Origin: Octopus sinensis
Taxonomy: Eukaryota
DNA length: 64,000 nucleotides
NCBI RefSeq assembly: GCF_006345805.1
Contig: NC_043011.1
Span: forward strand, 62,880,464 to 62,944,463
Reading direction: 5' to 3'
Shown here: piece by piece, positions 26,090 to 39,742 of the stretch
Numbering within the stretch: the first letter of the stretch is position 1
Layout: every line of letters begins with the position of its first letter
Translations under genes and position numbers: made by a program
Notes under the pieces: generated by a model
Told to the model about the DNA's origin: nothing
The model's database searches: none
The model's input: only the letters and a program-made list of their open reading frames with translations

Positions 26090-27765
26090 CATACATACAT
26101 ACATATATATGTCATACATGGAACGAAACCGCTAAGACGAGTCGGGTCTAAGCTTTAAATTGGGTTTATCTACAATATACTATCAATACGTAATATATTA
26201 GTTGTTTGCTCACTGTGAACTTTATATAATAATACATAACTATTTGTGGCACCCTTTGTGTTCATGAGCCTAAGTTTTATTCAGTATTTCTAACTGATTT
26301 GTGTGTGTTTATCCACGGAAACATACGCACAAATTAGCTATAAGGACGAGAAGGACGAGTTACACATACTTACAGACCTAAACACAAGAAGTTTCATACT
26401 CATACAGAAAAACAAAGACGTATTCACTGGCGAATACATTCACACATGTCTTGTTACACACGCACACGCATACACACACATGCGTTAATAAACACTCTAA
26501 ATCAATGCATGTATCTGCACATAGGCCAACACGCATAGATCACTTTACATACATTTACGTACGAATGCGATTATCCATATAGGTGCACTAATCTCTGACA
26601 CGTTATGCTGTACATATTAAAATAGCCCCTAGCCGTCGCTGGCATGGGGGTATAACCCTGTACATTGTACAAGGAGTCCGCTACTTGATAATGGGGTCTT
26701 TGTGATTGTGAGCTCTTAAAACTAACCTCTCCCTCTCTTACCACTCTTTCCGGAGTGGACCATGCATGAAGTAAAAGAGCAGAATAAATAGTGTGTGCTG
26801 TCGAGAGCAGTTTTGGTGTTTGACACCCTGAAGCCCTACCATCATTATACAAGGTTATTCAGCAGCTCCATAAGTGTCTTCATCCCCATCTCACCTGAAA
26901 CTGTTCCCGGACTGCGTGTGCGACAGATCACGCACTTGCTTCCATATCTTACTATGCAATAGGCAGGCTGTACCTACACTCTGCTGGTGCTTATTTTCCG
27001 CCGAGAAGCAAATCGCGAAATATCAACAAAAGAGCCTTTTTCAAAGACACCCGAACTACCAACTCCAGAAATCAACGTTTTTTTTTTTTTCTTTTGTCAG
27101 TCCAACAAGTTCACTACAATGCTACAATCCTTCAGTAAAGCAAAAAGTAAAAAAAAAAAAAAAACTTAAACCAAATCAATAACTAAACTGTAAAATTACA
27201 ATAAAACACACTCTGTGAGGCTTTTGATGCTCTTTCTTAATATTACACAATATTTTATATGAGGAAACAATATTTATGTATTGTAATTTCCCTGCAATTA
27301 TAAATCGGTTGAAGAAGGAAATTTATTGCGTGTTATTTACATAAAATTTACAAGGCTTCATTAAAACAACATTTACGGTGTTATTGCTTTATGTAAATAT
27401 TATGAAACTGTTTAAAATATGTAGCAGCTAAGATAATGTGTTGTGTGTGGGAGGAGAATGGGGGAATTCGTTCAAAGGGGCTTTATTTGAAAAGATAATG
27501 TTTAATGAAGTGTTAATGTTTAGTTAACGAATAATTGATCGTGTTTGAGTGTTGTTGGTGGTGGTGGTGGTAGTACGGTGGTGGTTGGTGCAAATTGACA
27601 ATAGTAAGGAGTGGGTGGTTGCTGTGGTAGTGGTGGTGGTGGTGGTGGTGGTGGTGGACCTATGGAAATTGGGAAAAGGAAAATGAATATAAATATACAT
27701 TGAAAGACGGGCATTAATGGAGATAATAGAGAGATTGTTTACACATCGATGGATGAGAACAATAT

Positions 27766-27768
<3 letters not shown>

Positions 27769-27826
<58 letters not shown>

Positions 27827-27934
27827 CAAATAGATAATAGATATAGATAGATAGATAGATAGATAGATATATAGATATATAGATAGATAGATGATAGACA
27901 AATAGATAGATAGATAGATAGATAGGTAGATAGG

Positions 27935-27966
<32 letters not shown>

Positions 27967-27989
27967 CAAATCGAGAGATAGATTATAGG

Positions 27990-28033
<44 letters not shown>

Positions 28034-28070
28034 CAAATAGATTGAAAGATATATATATATAGAGAGAGAA

Positions 28071-28127
<57 letters not shown>

Positions 28128-28150
28128 CAGACAGATTGATAGATAGATAT
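27769..28150. repeat. (GATA)n microsatellite
   Basis: Direct reading. Similar tracts lie at 29555-29855, 30142-30335 and 34720-34893. Confidence 0.95.
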
Positions 28151-29553
28151 ATGTTTTTTATTAGCCACACAGGACTGCACACAGACAGGAAAGATTACAA
28201 AGTAGAGCTTTTTTTTTTTTAAAAAAATAAAAGGTGGGGTAGGTTTTCGATCAAAAGGGATCGTAAAAGGGAAAGAAGAGAAAAAAAAGGAAAAAAGAAA
28301 AGAAACAAAAGAAGAGAAAAAAGAAAAACGAAAAAAAAACGATCAATAGGAATCGTGTATCACAGTGTCATGATGTAAGGTGTAAAGGAGGAAGCAGATA
28401 AGGATTATCCGTGGGAAGAAAAGCCTACGGAAAAAGACTACGGTAACTTCGGTCAATATTGTTACATGTTACTACATTTGTTTGCAAGTAGGTAACCCTC
28501 TGTTTTATATTTCCGGGTTCATAGGATTATGCTCAAGGTCGCTTCGTCATTCACACGTGCCATCCTTGCTACATTCACCCAACATTTTTGAAACATTCGC
28601 TAGACAACACATGCCTCTGTACTCTCACTTTCCTTTTCAAGTGATACTTGAAGAAGTTGATGAGAGATTGACCTGAGAGGACAGTGTTTGTCTCCAATTC
28701 TCTCAGACGAGTCCACCAGATACATTCTTTCGCCATAGCCACAAGGATGATGAAAATAGCTCTTCCTTCCCGTTTGAAGGAAGGAGGCGTGACAATATTA
28801 ACGATAGACTCGTCTGATAAACCGACTCGTCTCACACGTGACAGCAGCTGTTCAAAATAAGCCCATAGGTCGGGCATTGTTGGACACTGCACGAGTGCGT
28901 GCAGAATTGTTTCGTCGCTCTGACCGCATCTCGGGCACGTCGGCCCCGTATTTCTCGAGCCGTGTCTGTAGAGTTTATCCCGAATGGGTAGCGCTTCTCG
29001 GTAGCACTGCCAGGCTAGGGATATCGGGAAGTTGTCCATGGGTCCTGGCCCGAAAGTCGTTCTGAACAGGCGGGTCAGGTATTCCTCGTCGACGTCCAGG
29101 TTCGCTCCGAGCTCGTCGTACTTCCCATCCACTAATCCCCCATAGAATGCTTGGGTTGTGTTGAAGTCACGCAAGGTCGACCCAGGACGGCAAAGTTGCT
29201 TGAGAGCAACGCGACACTCGCGGTGCCATTCGCCCTTCCTCGGCCTCTTCTTAATCCACGACTCCAGTTCGGTCATGGAGACGAGTTGTGGGAAAGCGTG
29301 CCTCACAAACGGTATCACACCTGTTCACCGTCGTCTACGTAGAGCTTGAGATATTGCAATCTCAGCGCGTGTCTATGCATCATCAACCACGGCATGCCCA
29401 GTCCTCCTTTTAACGGTTGTTGACAGCAAATGGATCGCCTGACCATCGGGACGCATCCTTTCCACAAGAAGCGAAAGAGAATACGTTCTAGTTTGGTGAT
29501 GGTAGGGTCGGGACAAGGCGGTGGTAGATGACGGGCGTGTTGTACGAGTTCGT
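28151..29553 (-). mobile_element. 5'-truncated L1-clade (Tx1-like) LINE: post-RT region, zf-RVT and 3' UTR
   Basis: KLERILFRFLWKG..CQQPLKGGLGMP, a stop, then AWQCYREALPIRDKL..CPRCGQSDETILHALVQCP (CCHC knuckle). The 3' end has taataaa directly followed by (TCTA)n. Confidence 0.9.
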
Positions 29554-29677
29554 GAGATAGATAGATAGATAGATATAGAAGAGAGAGAGAGAGAGAGAGA
29601 GAGGTAGACAGACGGGTAGATAGATGCACAGACAGGTAGACAGACAGCCAGACAGGTAGATAGATAGACAGACAGGT

Positions 29678-29718
<41 letters not shown>

Positions 29719-29855
29719 TAGACAGATAGATAGATAGATAAAGAGGTAGACAGACAGGTAGATAGATAAAGAGGTAGACAGACAGGTAGATAGATAAACA
29801 GACATGTAGATAGATAGATAAATAGATAGACAGATTGACAGACAAGTAGATAGAT

Positions 29856-30075
29856 AACTTTCTTTATTGGCCACAAAGGGCAGAACACAGAGGCGACAAA
29901 TACAAATGTAGAGCTTTTCTTTTCGAAAATGAAAAAACAAATGGGGGAAAATAAGAAAAAAGTATAAATTGCAATCGAAACGGATCGGGGAAACCAAGAA
30001 AAAACGAAAAAAAAAAACGATCAAAGGGATCGTGTATCACAGAAGAGTTTTAAAAATGTAGAAATTAAGATTAGG
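29856..30075 (-). mobile_element. Second 3' end of a related Tx1-like LINE
   Basis: Similar to 28151-28365 (tttatt.gccaca..gtagagctttt..cgatcaa..atcgtgtatcacag). It ends AATAAA then (TCTA)n on the minus strand. Confidence 0.75.
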
Positions 30076-30076
30076 T

Positions 30077-30234
<158 letters not shown>

Positions 30235-30270
30235 AATATAGATAGATATATAGATAGATAGAGAGGTAGG

Positions 30271-30337
<67 letters not shown>

Positions 30338-31044
30338 CAGACAGATGGACAGATAGAAAGCTAGATAGAGAGAAGATGATAGATAGAGAGACAGGTAAAG
30401 AGAGAGTGGATTGCAGCGAAGGAGAGAATAACTAATTTTGCATGTGTAAATGGCATTAGTAAACGGAAGATAAATTGATTGATTAAAAGATAGAGAAGTA
30501 GACAGAGGGAAAACGAGAAATATGAGGGGAATTTAGAAGGAATGTAATAAAGATGTACTGAGTAGAAAAGGGATGAATGTAATACGAACTGGAGAAACAG
30601 GCAATAGGGAAAGAACGTAGCACATATTGAGCACACGCGCACATACACAGAGGCACGCACACACAGACGCAGACGCACACACACACGTGCGTTCATAAGA
30701 ATACGGCACCAGACTGGACGACATTGTTTTGATAGGGACGAAGTAGCGCATCTGAGAGGAAATTACCTCGGGTTTAGCGACAAGAACTTTTACTGATGGC
30801 GGCAGAAGCGTGAACACTCAGACGCGCAAACGAATATACATACAGACAGAAAGGATGCAAAAAGTGGTACGAAAGAGAGAAAGAGAGAGACGGAGTGAAA
30901 AGGGAGAGAGAGAGTGAGGGGGCAGAGAAGGGAGAGAGGAGTAGAAGAAGAAATATATGAAAATGCCTAATGCCAAAATCAGTCACGAATGCACGACGCC
31001 AAATGCGCGGCGCCAGAAAACTGTAACATGTCTCACAAATGAAC

Positions 31045-31083
<39 letters not shown>

Positions 31084-31085
31084 TA

Positions 31086-31600
31086 CTAGCAGTATCGCCC
31101 GGCGTTGCTCGGGTTTGTAAGGGAAATAACTATATAAGCATTTTTAGAGAGTTACTTCCTTTATAAATGCCAATTCGGGCTTTCTTAGCCATTTCTGTTT
31201 TGGTGTCTTCAAGCCATGAAGTCGTTGTTCTAAAAGAACGCTGGTCTCCTTGACAACGCATTACGACGTTGATTTCCTTACACTCCCTTCCCCACAGCTT
31301 CACGTGGGAGGGAAGAAGGGGAAGAAGCAAACACAGGTGCAGGTGTTTGAGCGTGGACACCAACTCCGCCGCCATCGACACACGAAAAATTATGCATTGA
31401 AATGGAATAAAAAATGATGTTAAATTATTTTTAAAATCGTAGACTCATTGTAGACGCGCGCTAATAGCCAGACGGGCTTGATATTAATCACGACTATAAG
31501 ATACCCGAATTTGGTTAAACTGCACCGCAAAATGTGGGAGGAGTTAGGAATCTAAATCGAAGGGGACAGACACTCACACAACTACAGTTATATATATAGA
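31086..31600 (-). mobile_element. Non-autonomous Helitron, copy C
   Basis: The minus strand starts A|TCtatatatataactgtag and ends cccgagcaacgccgggcgatactgCTAG|T. The last ~70 bp match the 3' end of copy A. Confidence 0.8.
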
Positions 31601-31610
31601 TATATATATA

Positions 31611-31654
<44 letters not shown>

Positions 31655-32320
31655 AATGAACATGTATATATATATGTATATCGAGAGAAAGAGAGGGAGA
31701 GAGACAGAGAGAAAGACAGAAAGACAGACAGGCAAGGAGACGAAATGAGAAAGAAAAGAGAGAGGGGGAAATGGGACAAAGAGTGAGGGAAGAGAAGAGA
31801 GATTAAGAGATAGTGGAGACTTTTTTTAGTTGGTGCGATGCTAAAAAATCATCCCATCCGTATTCATCTCCAAATTTTATTTAAATTTGATGACAAAATG
31901 TTTTTAACCGGCCTTCCATTTTGTTAAAATCTCTATTGTGAGCTGTAAAAGAAATTTGGTTCATATTTCAAGCAGGCAGAACGACCGTATCCATCTACCC
32001 TTCTAAGATTACTCAGTGGCAGAATATTCGCCTTTTGTTGGCCGACCGATGTGACGAGGACTACCCAGTGCTTGGGATGAGATGTTTCTCTGCCCGTGTC
32101 GATAGGGAATTGTGATGCAAGTTGGAAATCTGATGGCGCTGGGTTTCCTGACCTCCCTGAAATGCTTGACAGGTAGAAAAATAGAAAGATTTACGCATCT
32201 AAAATTAGTTATTTTCTAGTTCACTTCGGCTCTCACTTTACATGTCTGTCTGTCTATCATCTTCCTTCTATCTAGCAGTCTATCTATCTGCCTGACTCTC
32301 TGTCTGACTATTTATCTATC

Positions 32321-32386
<66 letters not shown>

Positions 32387-32399
32387 ATCTCTCTCTCAC

Positions 32400-32454
<55 letters not shown>

Positions 32455-33545
32455 GTATCTATCTATGCATGTATGTATCTATCTCTCTCTCTCTCTCTCT
32501 CTATATATTATATATATATATATATATCTATGTATCTATCTATGCATGTATGTATGTATGTATGTATCTATCTATCTATCCATTTATTTCTGCATCTATA
32601 CACCTGTCTGATCATTTCAGTTTCGCATGTCCTTGTGGACAGCTGACCGCTATGTGCCTTTGTCTGAGCTGTCTGCCCCTTCGTGTTATGGCTAATGCAG
32701 AAGCTCGTTGGAAAAGCGTTTAATGTGCCTTTCAAGTGCTGCGCTATATGAGAAATACGAACCGATATAACTTGATCTTTGATATTCGAGGTTACGTCAC
32801 CAATATAATTAATACACCTACACTAAACGGATACATTATGTATTTAAACTCGCCTACCACTTACCGTAAATAAAATTTTACATTATAGTTAGGTAGATTT
32901 CATAGACTTTCAACTAAATTATACGTAACTTAAACAAAATGAAAATATATCAAAAGAATCTATTTCTGAGAATTTCTAAAATTAAGGATACAGATATAAA
33001 GTGCTTCAAGCGCAAACATTTGTACAACTAATTTTGTCGAATGTCACGTGGTGCACCAACTAATTAAGCGAATGATATTCACACGAGTAAAGCTGGACTA
33101 AAACCGCTCGACGCACTGACATTCATCGTTTCACACATGACTGGAGTGCTAAAATTCCACCGAGACAGAAGGTATAAAATATTTACTATTTAATTACTAT
33201 CAAACTGTGAACATATTCGCAAGATACGCTTACATCCGGAAATGTAATCAAAGTTTGGAAACGGAATGTTTTTATTTTAAGATGGCGGAATTTAATTTCG
33301 ATGCGCTCTGTGCTACATAACAATGAGAACTAGACAGACACATAGTGATCTATGAACAGAGACAAGCATAAGAACATAAAAAAGGAGTGTCAAACGTGAG
33401 TATGTATATATATAAATGTGCATACATACATACACATATGCACACATATATATGTATGCATACATACGTTCATATATATATTATATATAATGTACATATA
33501 TTCATATATATACATACATATATATACACACGCACACACACACAC

Positions 33546-33610
<65 letters not shown>

Positions 33611-33851
33611 TATATACAGTACAAAATGAGCATAAATTAGCGTATTTAACATTTAGAAGAAAACTACACACAGATACAGGTACACTCCCTCACCCAAACA
33701 CACGCACGCACAAACATATTCACATACACACACACATGCACACAGGTGGTTTAAAATTCAAATCTATGGAGTGGTCTTCAGCAATATATTAAGCCGTAGC
33801 GAACCGATCGACAAGCAAAACACATATACTGATTATATGCTTCGATAAGAA

Positions 33852-33893
<42 letters not shown>

Positions 33894-34664
33894 CAGTTTA
33901 CCTATAGGAAAAAGACTACGCAATTTCCCATCAAACCACGAAAATAGTGATTTGAAATAGAGCCCAAATCACCAGGGCTGCAAGTTAACCTCTGCTCTTA
34001 TCTTCCACCACGAGACAAAACGGTTCCAGAATCAGGAGCATGCGTTCTTCACTGTGTTCTTGGAAGTCACTTAGAGTACTTCCTTGGTCTACGGTGCCAG
34101 GTTGAGGTTTGGGTTACGCAGACGATGGTTGGTGTTGCAGCAGGAGCAGTTGGTGCGCGCATTTTAACCGCTCCTCACATTGAGGAGTCATTGAGATTAG
34201 AACTGTGGAAATTAGGAGGCCGCGATTGGCTCTGTTGACGACGCAAAAGTTTTTCACCAATAACTTTTGACCCTTTTTTCCCGTGATATAGCTAGGAGCC
34301 GAAATATGCTGTCACACATATGTACTTTCAGCAACAAATGTCTCCATCAAGCAGCTTCGAGCTTAAGGCTTTGTACTAAGATGTGGGACGAATTCCTGTA
34401 CATTCATGCATTCGATATGCATGCCGTGTCTCTTCCTACTGGCCACGATTTTATAGGCTACGTTGCAGCGTCCATTATCACGTGTCCATGCCACGAGTTA
34501 CAGATTTATACTGATTTAAGAGCATTGAGAAGTTTTCCTGACGTCACTGTCTTTATGCTTGGCATCGCCGCAGAATGTTCACCGATATATGAAGCTCTTA
34601 ATATAGATTATCTTACAGCACGCACAAACAATATGTATATATGTATATAATATATATATACACC

Positions 34665-34709
<45 letters not shown>

Positions 34710-34717
34710 ATATATAT

Positions 34718-34787
<70 letters not shown>

Positions 34788-34797
34788 GGATGGATAG

Positions 34798-34894
<97 letters not shown>

Positions 34895-35624
34895 ATAGAA
34901 GTGGAATAGATAGGTAGATAAGGATAGTATATAAATGTTAATGGTGGTATCAACAAACAGAAAAAATAGTGTATTTAATAAAATGAATTGCAATTTTATA
35001 GCATTTAATTATTTGGATATCCATATTTTGGGCATCAATTTATTAATCTGCCCCATCATTGGCAGAAAAAGTGGGTAATCGTATGAAAGTTGGTTAAAGG
35101 ATGCAAATTTCTGATTGGTTAATCAGAGGTTGACGTCAGATTTCTGCTGCGTGAAACATTTCCCGTTTTGAATAATGGCTATCTAATAGGAATTTCTCTA
35201 TAAAATGGCAAGATTTCTTTTTATTATTGTTTTGTGGAGGTGTGGGTGTATGTTCGTGTGTGTGGTGTGTGCGTGTGGGGTGTCTGTGAGTTTGGAAAAG
35301 GGAAGAAATATAAAGAGGAAGAATAAATAATTGTGTTTGATATTTATACTACTATATATATATATATATATATATAATTACATTATATAAAAGGGCTTAG
35401 TAAAATAAATTACTTTGCCGCATACTGAACTCATTAGAAATAGCAGCTAAAAAAACTTTTTTTAAACTATTTCTAATACTTAAAGAAAGGGGAAAGCAGA
35501 AATTCTTCGCTTGCATTTTTGAGTTTGTTGGCACTGTTAGTTACGAGCAGATCTTCAGAAGCGATAAGAAGCCGAAAGGGTATGCTCCCACTTTCAGTGT
35601 TTTCAAATCCAAACCAGGGAGTTC

Positions 35625-35677
35625 TGAGCTGATGATAGAAATGTCGAGTTTGACTAATCTTGAAACGTACGTTCTCA
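35625..35677 (+). ncRNA. Type I hammerhead ribozyme, unit 1
   Basis: tgag-CTGATGA-taga aat gtc gagttt gac taa tctt-GAAA-cgtacg-TT-ctca. Helix III is palindromic and the triplet is GUU. Confidence 0.8.
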
Positions 35678-36179
35678 AATAACCTTTGCACTTGATTTTT
35701 TAATGTCTCTACCCCCATATTTTCGTGAGTTGAATTGAGCAAACACTATATGAGAGAGGTTTTCTTTAAGTATTAGAAATAGTTTTAAATTTTTTTAGCT
35801 GCTATTTCTAATGAGTTCAGTATGCGGCAAAGTAATTTATTTTACTAAGCCCTTTTATATAATGTAATAATTTGAATTCGCCTTAATGGTCCCTTTGCAT
35901 ACTGAATACTTGGTGAAATTGATTAATTAATTAATTAATTTTACCCTCAATTGTTGAAATTATAATTCATCTCTCTCTATATAATGCCTCGGATTTTACC
36001 GAAAAAAGCATAGTGTTTACTGATTTTAACCCACGCTGGTGGAAAGGGGAGAGCAGAATTCTTCGCTTGCATTTTTGAGTTTGTTGGCACTGTTAGTTAC
36101 GAGCAATCTTCAGAAGCGATAAGAAGCCGAAAGGGTATGCTCCCACTTTCAGTGTTTTCAAATCCAAACCAGGGAGTTC

Positions 36180-36232
36180 TGAGCTGATGATAGAAATGTC
36201 GAGTTTGACTAATCTTGAAACGTACGTTCTCA
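36180..36232 (+). ncRNA. Type I hammerhead ribozyme, unit 2
   Basis: Identical to 35625-35677. Confidence 0.8.
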
Positions 36233-36519
36233 AATAACCTTTGCACTTGATTTTTTAATGTCTCTCTACCCCCATATTTTCGTGAGTTGAATTGAACAAA
36301 CACTATATGAGAGAGGTTTTCTTTAAGTATTAGAAATAGAGTTTTAAAAAAGTTTTTTTAGCTGCTATTTCTAATGAGTTCAGTATGCGGCAAATTAATT
36401 ATTTTACTAAGCCCTTTTATATAATGTAATAATTTGAATTCGCCTTAAATGGTCCCTTTGCATACTGAATACTTGGTGAAATTGATTAATTAATTAATTA
36501 ATTTTACCCTCAATTGTTG

Positions 36520-36576
<57 letters not shown>

Positions 36577-36587
36577 ATTTTATATTG

Positions 36588-36619
<32 letters not shown>

Positions 36620-36714
36620 GTAGAAATATGATTGATTTTTGATTTTTCCAGTTTCAGCTAATGAGCTGTGGCCATGCTGGGGCACCGCCATTTGAATGTT
36701 TTGAAAAATAATAT

Positions 36715-37216
36715 AAAATACACGTTATTGGACAAACAGGAATTTCGCTCCGTCAAAGTATCACCATTCACAGAGAGCAAATCTGCCACCCACAATACAG
36801 ACAGTTAAAGGTGAGTGAAGACATAGAAAGATGTGCCATGAATCTTAATCCCAATTTCCAAATATTTCCCTTTTACCAATGCTCACAGAACACCACAATG
36901 CAACAAAGGTTGAATAAAGAGTCATTTTTCATCAACAAATTTCTCCCCCAACTGAATGTGAACACACAACTCAATACAGAACACCACTAACTCTTCAATT
37001 TAAACCACTAAACCCTATACACTTTCTACATCACTCACATTTCTAATTCCTGAACTACTTACCTCTCTTATACATATAATCCAGAACTACTTACCTCCCT
37101 TACAAATAATCTCTTTTCTCAGGAACCATTAGACCTGACACCGTTTACTAACCGGTGTTGTTCAACCGATGAATAGTTAACGCGAAAACCAATTGGTTCC
37201 GTTTCAGTCTCTTACC

Positions 37217-37279
<63 letters not shown>

Positions 37280-37410
37280 TCATATAATCATCAATAATAA
37301 TGGCCTTTTTGACTGGTAATACTCTTAATGTATATATTTGTCACTACCTGTCATAAATAGACTTTTTATATCTACAATATGCATTTTCATTGATTTTTCC
37401 TTTTTTAGCC
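36715..37410 (+). mobile_element. Penelope-like element 3' fragment (GIY-YIG C-terminal half), second family
   Basis: 36721-36990 reads HVIGQTGISLRQSITIHREQICHPQYRQLKVSEDIERCA..FQIFPFYQC..RLNKESFFINKFLPQLN, which is not in the ORF track. A degenerate HHR follows at 37166-37199 (CCGATGA..GAAA-accaattggt-TC). Confidence 0.85.
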
Positions 37411-37411
37411 C

Positions 37412-37442
<31 letters not shown>

Positions 37443-37469
37443 TATATTATATATATATATATTATATAT

Positions 37470-38012
37470 ATACAATGCTACACTATGTTTGTTAAATTAT
37501 AAATTGAAAGATTTGTCCTTCAAGGTATGATGAGCAAAATTTCATAAGGTCCATACTTGAAAAAGAGACTTTCTTGTGTTGAAGTTACAGGTGACAGAAT
37601 ACAAACTGACAACCACTGTTGTCTGATCTTCAATTGATTTAGTCTAATATCTCACTGATTGAAAGTTAAATAAATATCAAGATTTATCATACAGGAGCAA
37701 CTGGTTCCCACAAATTAACGTGAAATGGTTTCATCCAAATATTAGAATATCCTTTGTTCAATGTTGTATTTTCAAAAACCAAAACATATGTGTAGAACTG
37801 TGTGTGTTTAATACAGTTTACTTAACAAATTTGGTCCTTTATCTGGTACAGCTTATTATAGAGATATTTTCAGCCATTCAGTTTGGGAGAGAACTTAGTT
37901 ATGAAATATTTTTCCATATTCCTCCTGAAGCTGAAGGAGGTGTCATTCTTTAGACATTTGTAGAAGGGAAAGATCTTAAATGTTCCTTCTCCCCATGAAG
38001 AGTGTTCGAAAA
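37470..38012 (-). mobile_element. Penelope-like element 3' fragment, third family
   Basis: The minus strand at about 38012-37870 reads FEHSSWGEGTFKIFPFYKCLKNDTSFSFRRNMEKYFITKFSPKLNG*, the typical PLE GIY-YIG C-terminus. The extent of the 3' UTR is approximate. Confidence 0.75.
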
Positions 38013-38869
38013 CTTTCCCTATTTCATCGTATAGTTTCCTCTTTTTTTCTTCCTTTCTCCAAACTCACAGAAACCCCACAGCCACAGACACGCGCGCACA
38101 CACATACACACACACCTCCACAAAACAATAATAAAAAGTAATCTTCTTCTCTAAAACCCCAAAGCGATTTGACCATACTTCATTAAACACACACACACAC
38201 TCTCACAATGTTAAAAAGAAAATATAATTTGTGGTCTACCTTCCCTCCCCTTCCTTCTTTTTTCTCTTCTTTTCTAGCAATCCCTCGAGATACAAAACAC
38301 ACACACACACATGATCTCACTTTCTCCCCATTCACCACCCTCTTATACTGTGTTATTTCCATCCCCGCCACTACACACTCAATAACACTATAAAATGGTC
38401 AAAACTTAAATTCTTTTTCCCAAAATCTTAGACCCCCTTTGAAGTAAACATCTTGACGAGCAAACAATTTTTTTCTTCTTCTTCCCGCTCCTTTCCCCTC
38501 TTTTACTTTAACACTCCTAAATACAAAAACACACACACGCGTACACGCACACACACATGCTCTCTCTCTCTCTCTCTTTCACTTTCTCCCCATTCATCAC
38601 CCTCTTGTACTATCTTATATCCCACCTCATCACTACACACTCAATAACACTATAAAATGGTCAAAACTTTTTTCACAGGAACTTAGTTCGATTTGAAAAC
38701 CCCACTAGAATGGGAGAAAGCGATAATATATGATCTAAGTTAATATGATGTGTAAAAACATGTAATATACAAATAAATATATGTAAATATAAAATCGTCC
38801 GAATTTGTGAGTACCTCATTTTTTCCTAATATAAAATACCTGTGCATCATCTCCACACCTTCCAATATA

Positions 38870-38940
<71 letters not shown>

Positions 38941-38945
<5 letters not shown>

Positions 38946-39648
38946 TAAATATCAGGGTAGCAACAAATTCCAGAAAAAATTCTCCGCTACCAGCGGTCTA
39001 GTGAGAAAGGTAAAATAGTCAAAGACTATATAATATACATTCAACAATATAGGAATGGCCCTGATAGGCCATTCGACTCACTAGAAAGAGCAGCCAAACT
39101 CAAACCGCTAAATAGTTATAATTCTGAAATTGGAAGAGAAATAAAAACAGTTACTCTTTTCATCTCTGGACTATACATAGTTTCGACAAACTTTGTAAAC
39201 AAACTATTTTTTCTTTCTCACTAGACCGCTGGTAGCGGAGAATCTTTTCTAGAACTTTTTGCTACCCTGATATTTATTAATTAATGATTTTTAGCTAATT
39301 TTGAACTTAAATCAGCAGTTTACATTTGCCACCGAGAAAACCGCGCGGTAGCGGTGGACTTTGAAAATTTAGAGCATATAGGCTTGAGGTTCCCTTGCTG
39401 TAGCCTCGTGGACATATTCTCGTCCTAGGCGTCTCTGCTGATGAGACACACCAGTTGTAAGCAAATTTATTTTAATTTAATTAATTTGTTTAAAAAAGTT
39501 TGTCGAAACTATGCATAGTCCAGAGATGAAAAGGGTAAATGTTTTTATTTCTCTTCCAATTTCAGAATTACAACTATTTAGCGGTTTGAATATGGCTGCT
39601 CTTTCTAATGAGTCGAATGGCCTATCAGGGCCATACCTATATTGTTGA

Positions 39649-39649
<1 letters not shown>
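38941..39649. mobile_element. Retrozyme-like element with interleaved inverted repeats A-B-A'-C-B'
   Basis: A 38941-39018 pairs with A' 39204-39281, and B 39040-39203 pairs with B' 39485-39649. Microsatellites flank both sides. Confidence 0.85.
39432..39526 (+). ncRNA. Type I hammerhead ribozyme with canonical core
   Basis: tctctg-CTGATGA-gaca[52 nt]tgtc-GAAA-ctatgcatag-TC-cagaga. It has a 6 bp helix I, G10.1-C11.1 and a palindromic helix III. Predicted GUC cleavage is after 39520. Confidence 0.9.

Positions 39650-39742
<93 letters not shown>

Larger units (their letters stand above)
35377..36522 (+). mobile_element. Retrozyme-like tandem element (555 bp period, ~1.9 copies) with an inverted 5' arm
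   Basis: 35489-35963 is repeated at about 36045-36522. 35377-35488 is the reverse complement of 35761-35868. There is one HHR per unit, and (TA)n flanks both sides. Confidence 0.85.

Noticed and set aside
34267-34650. 127 aa ORF
   Set aside because: TTG start, no recognisable domain or splice support, and it ends in a microsatellite.
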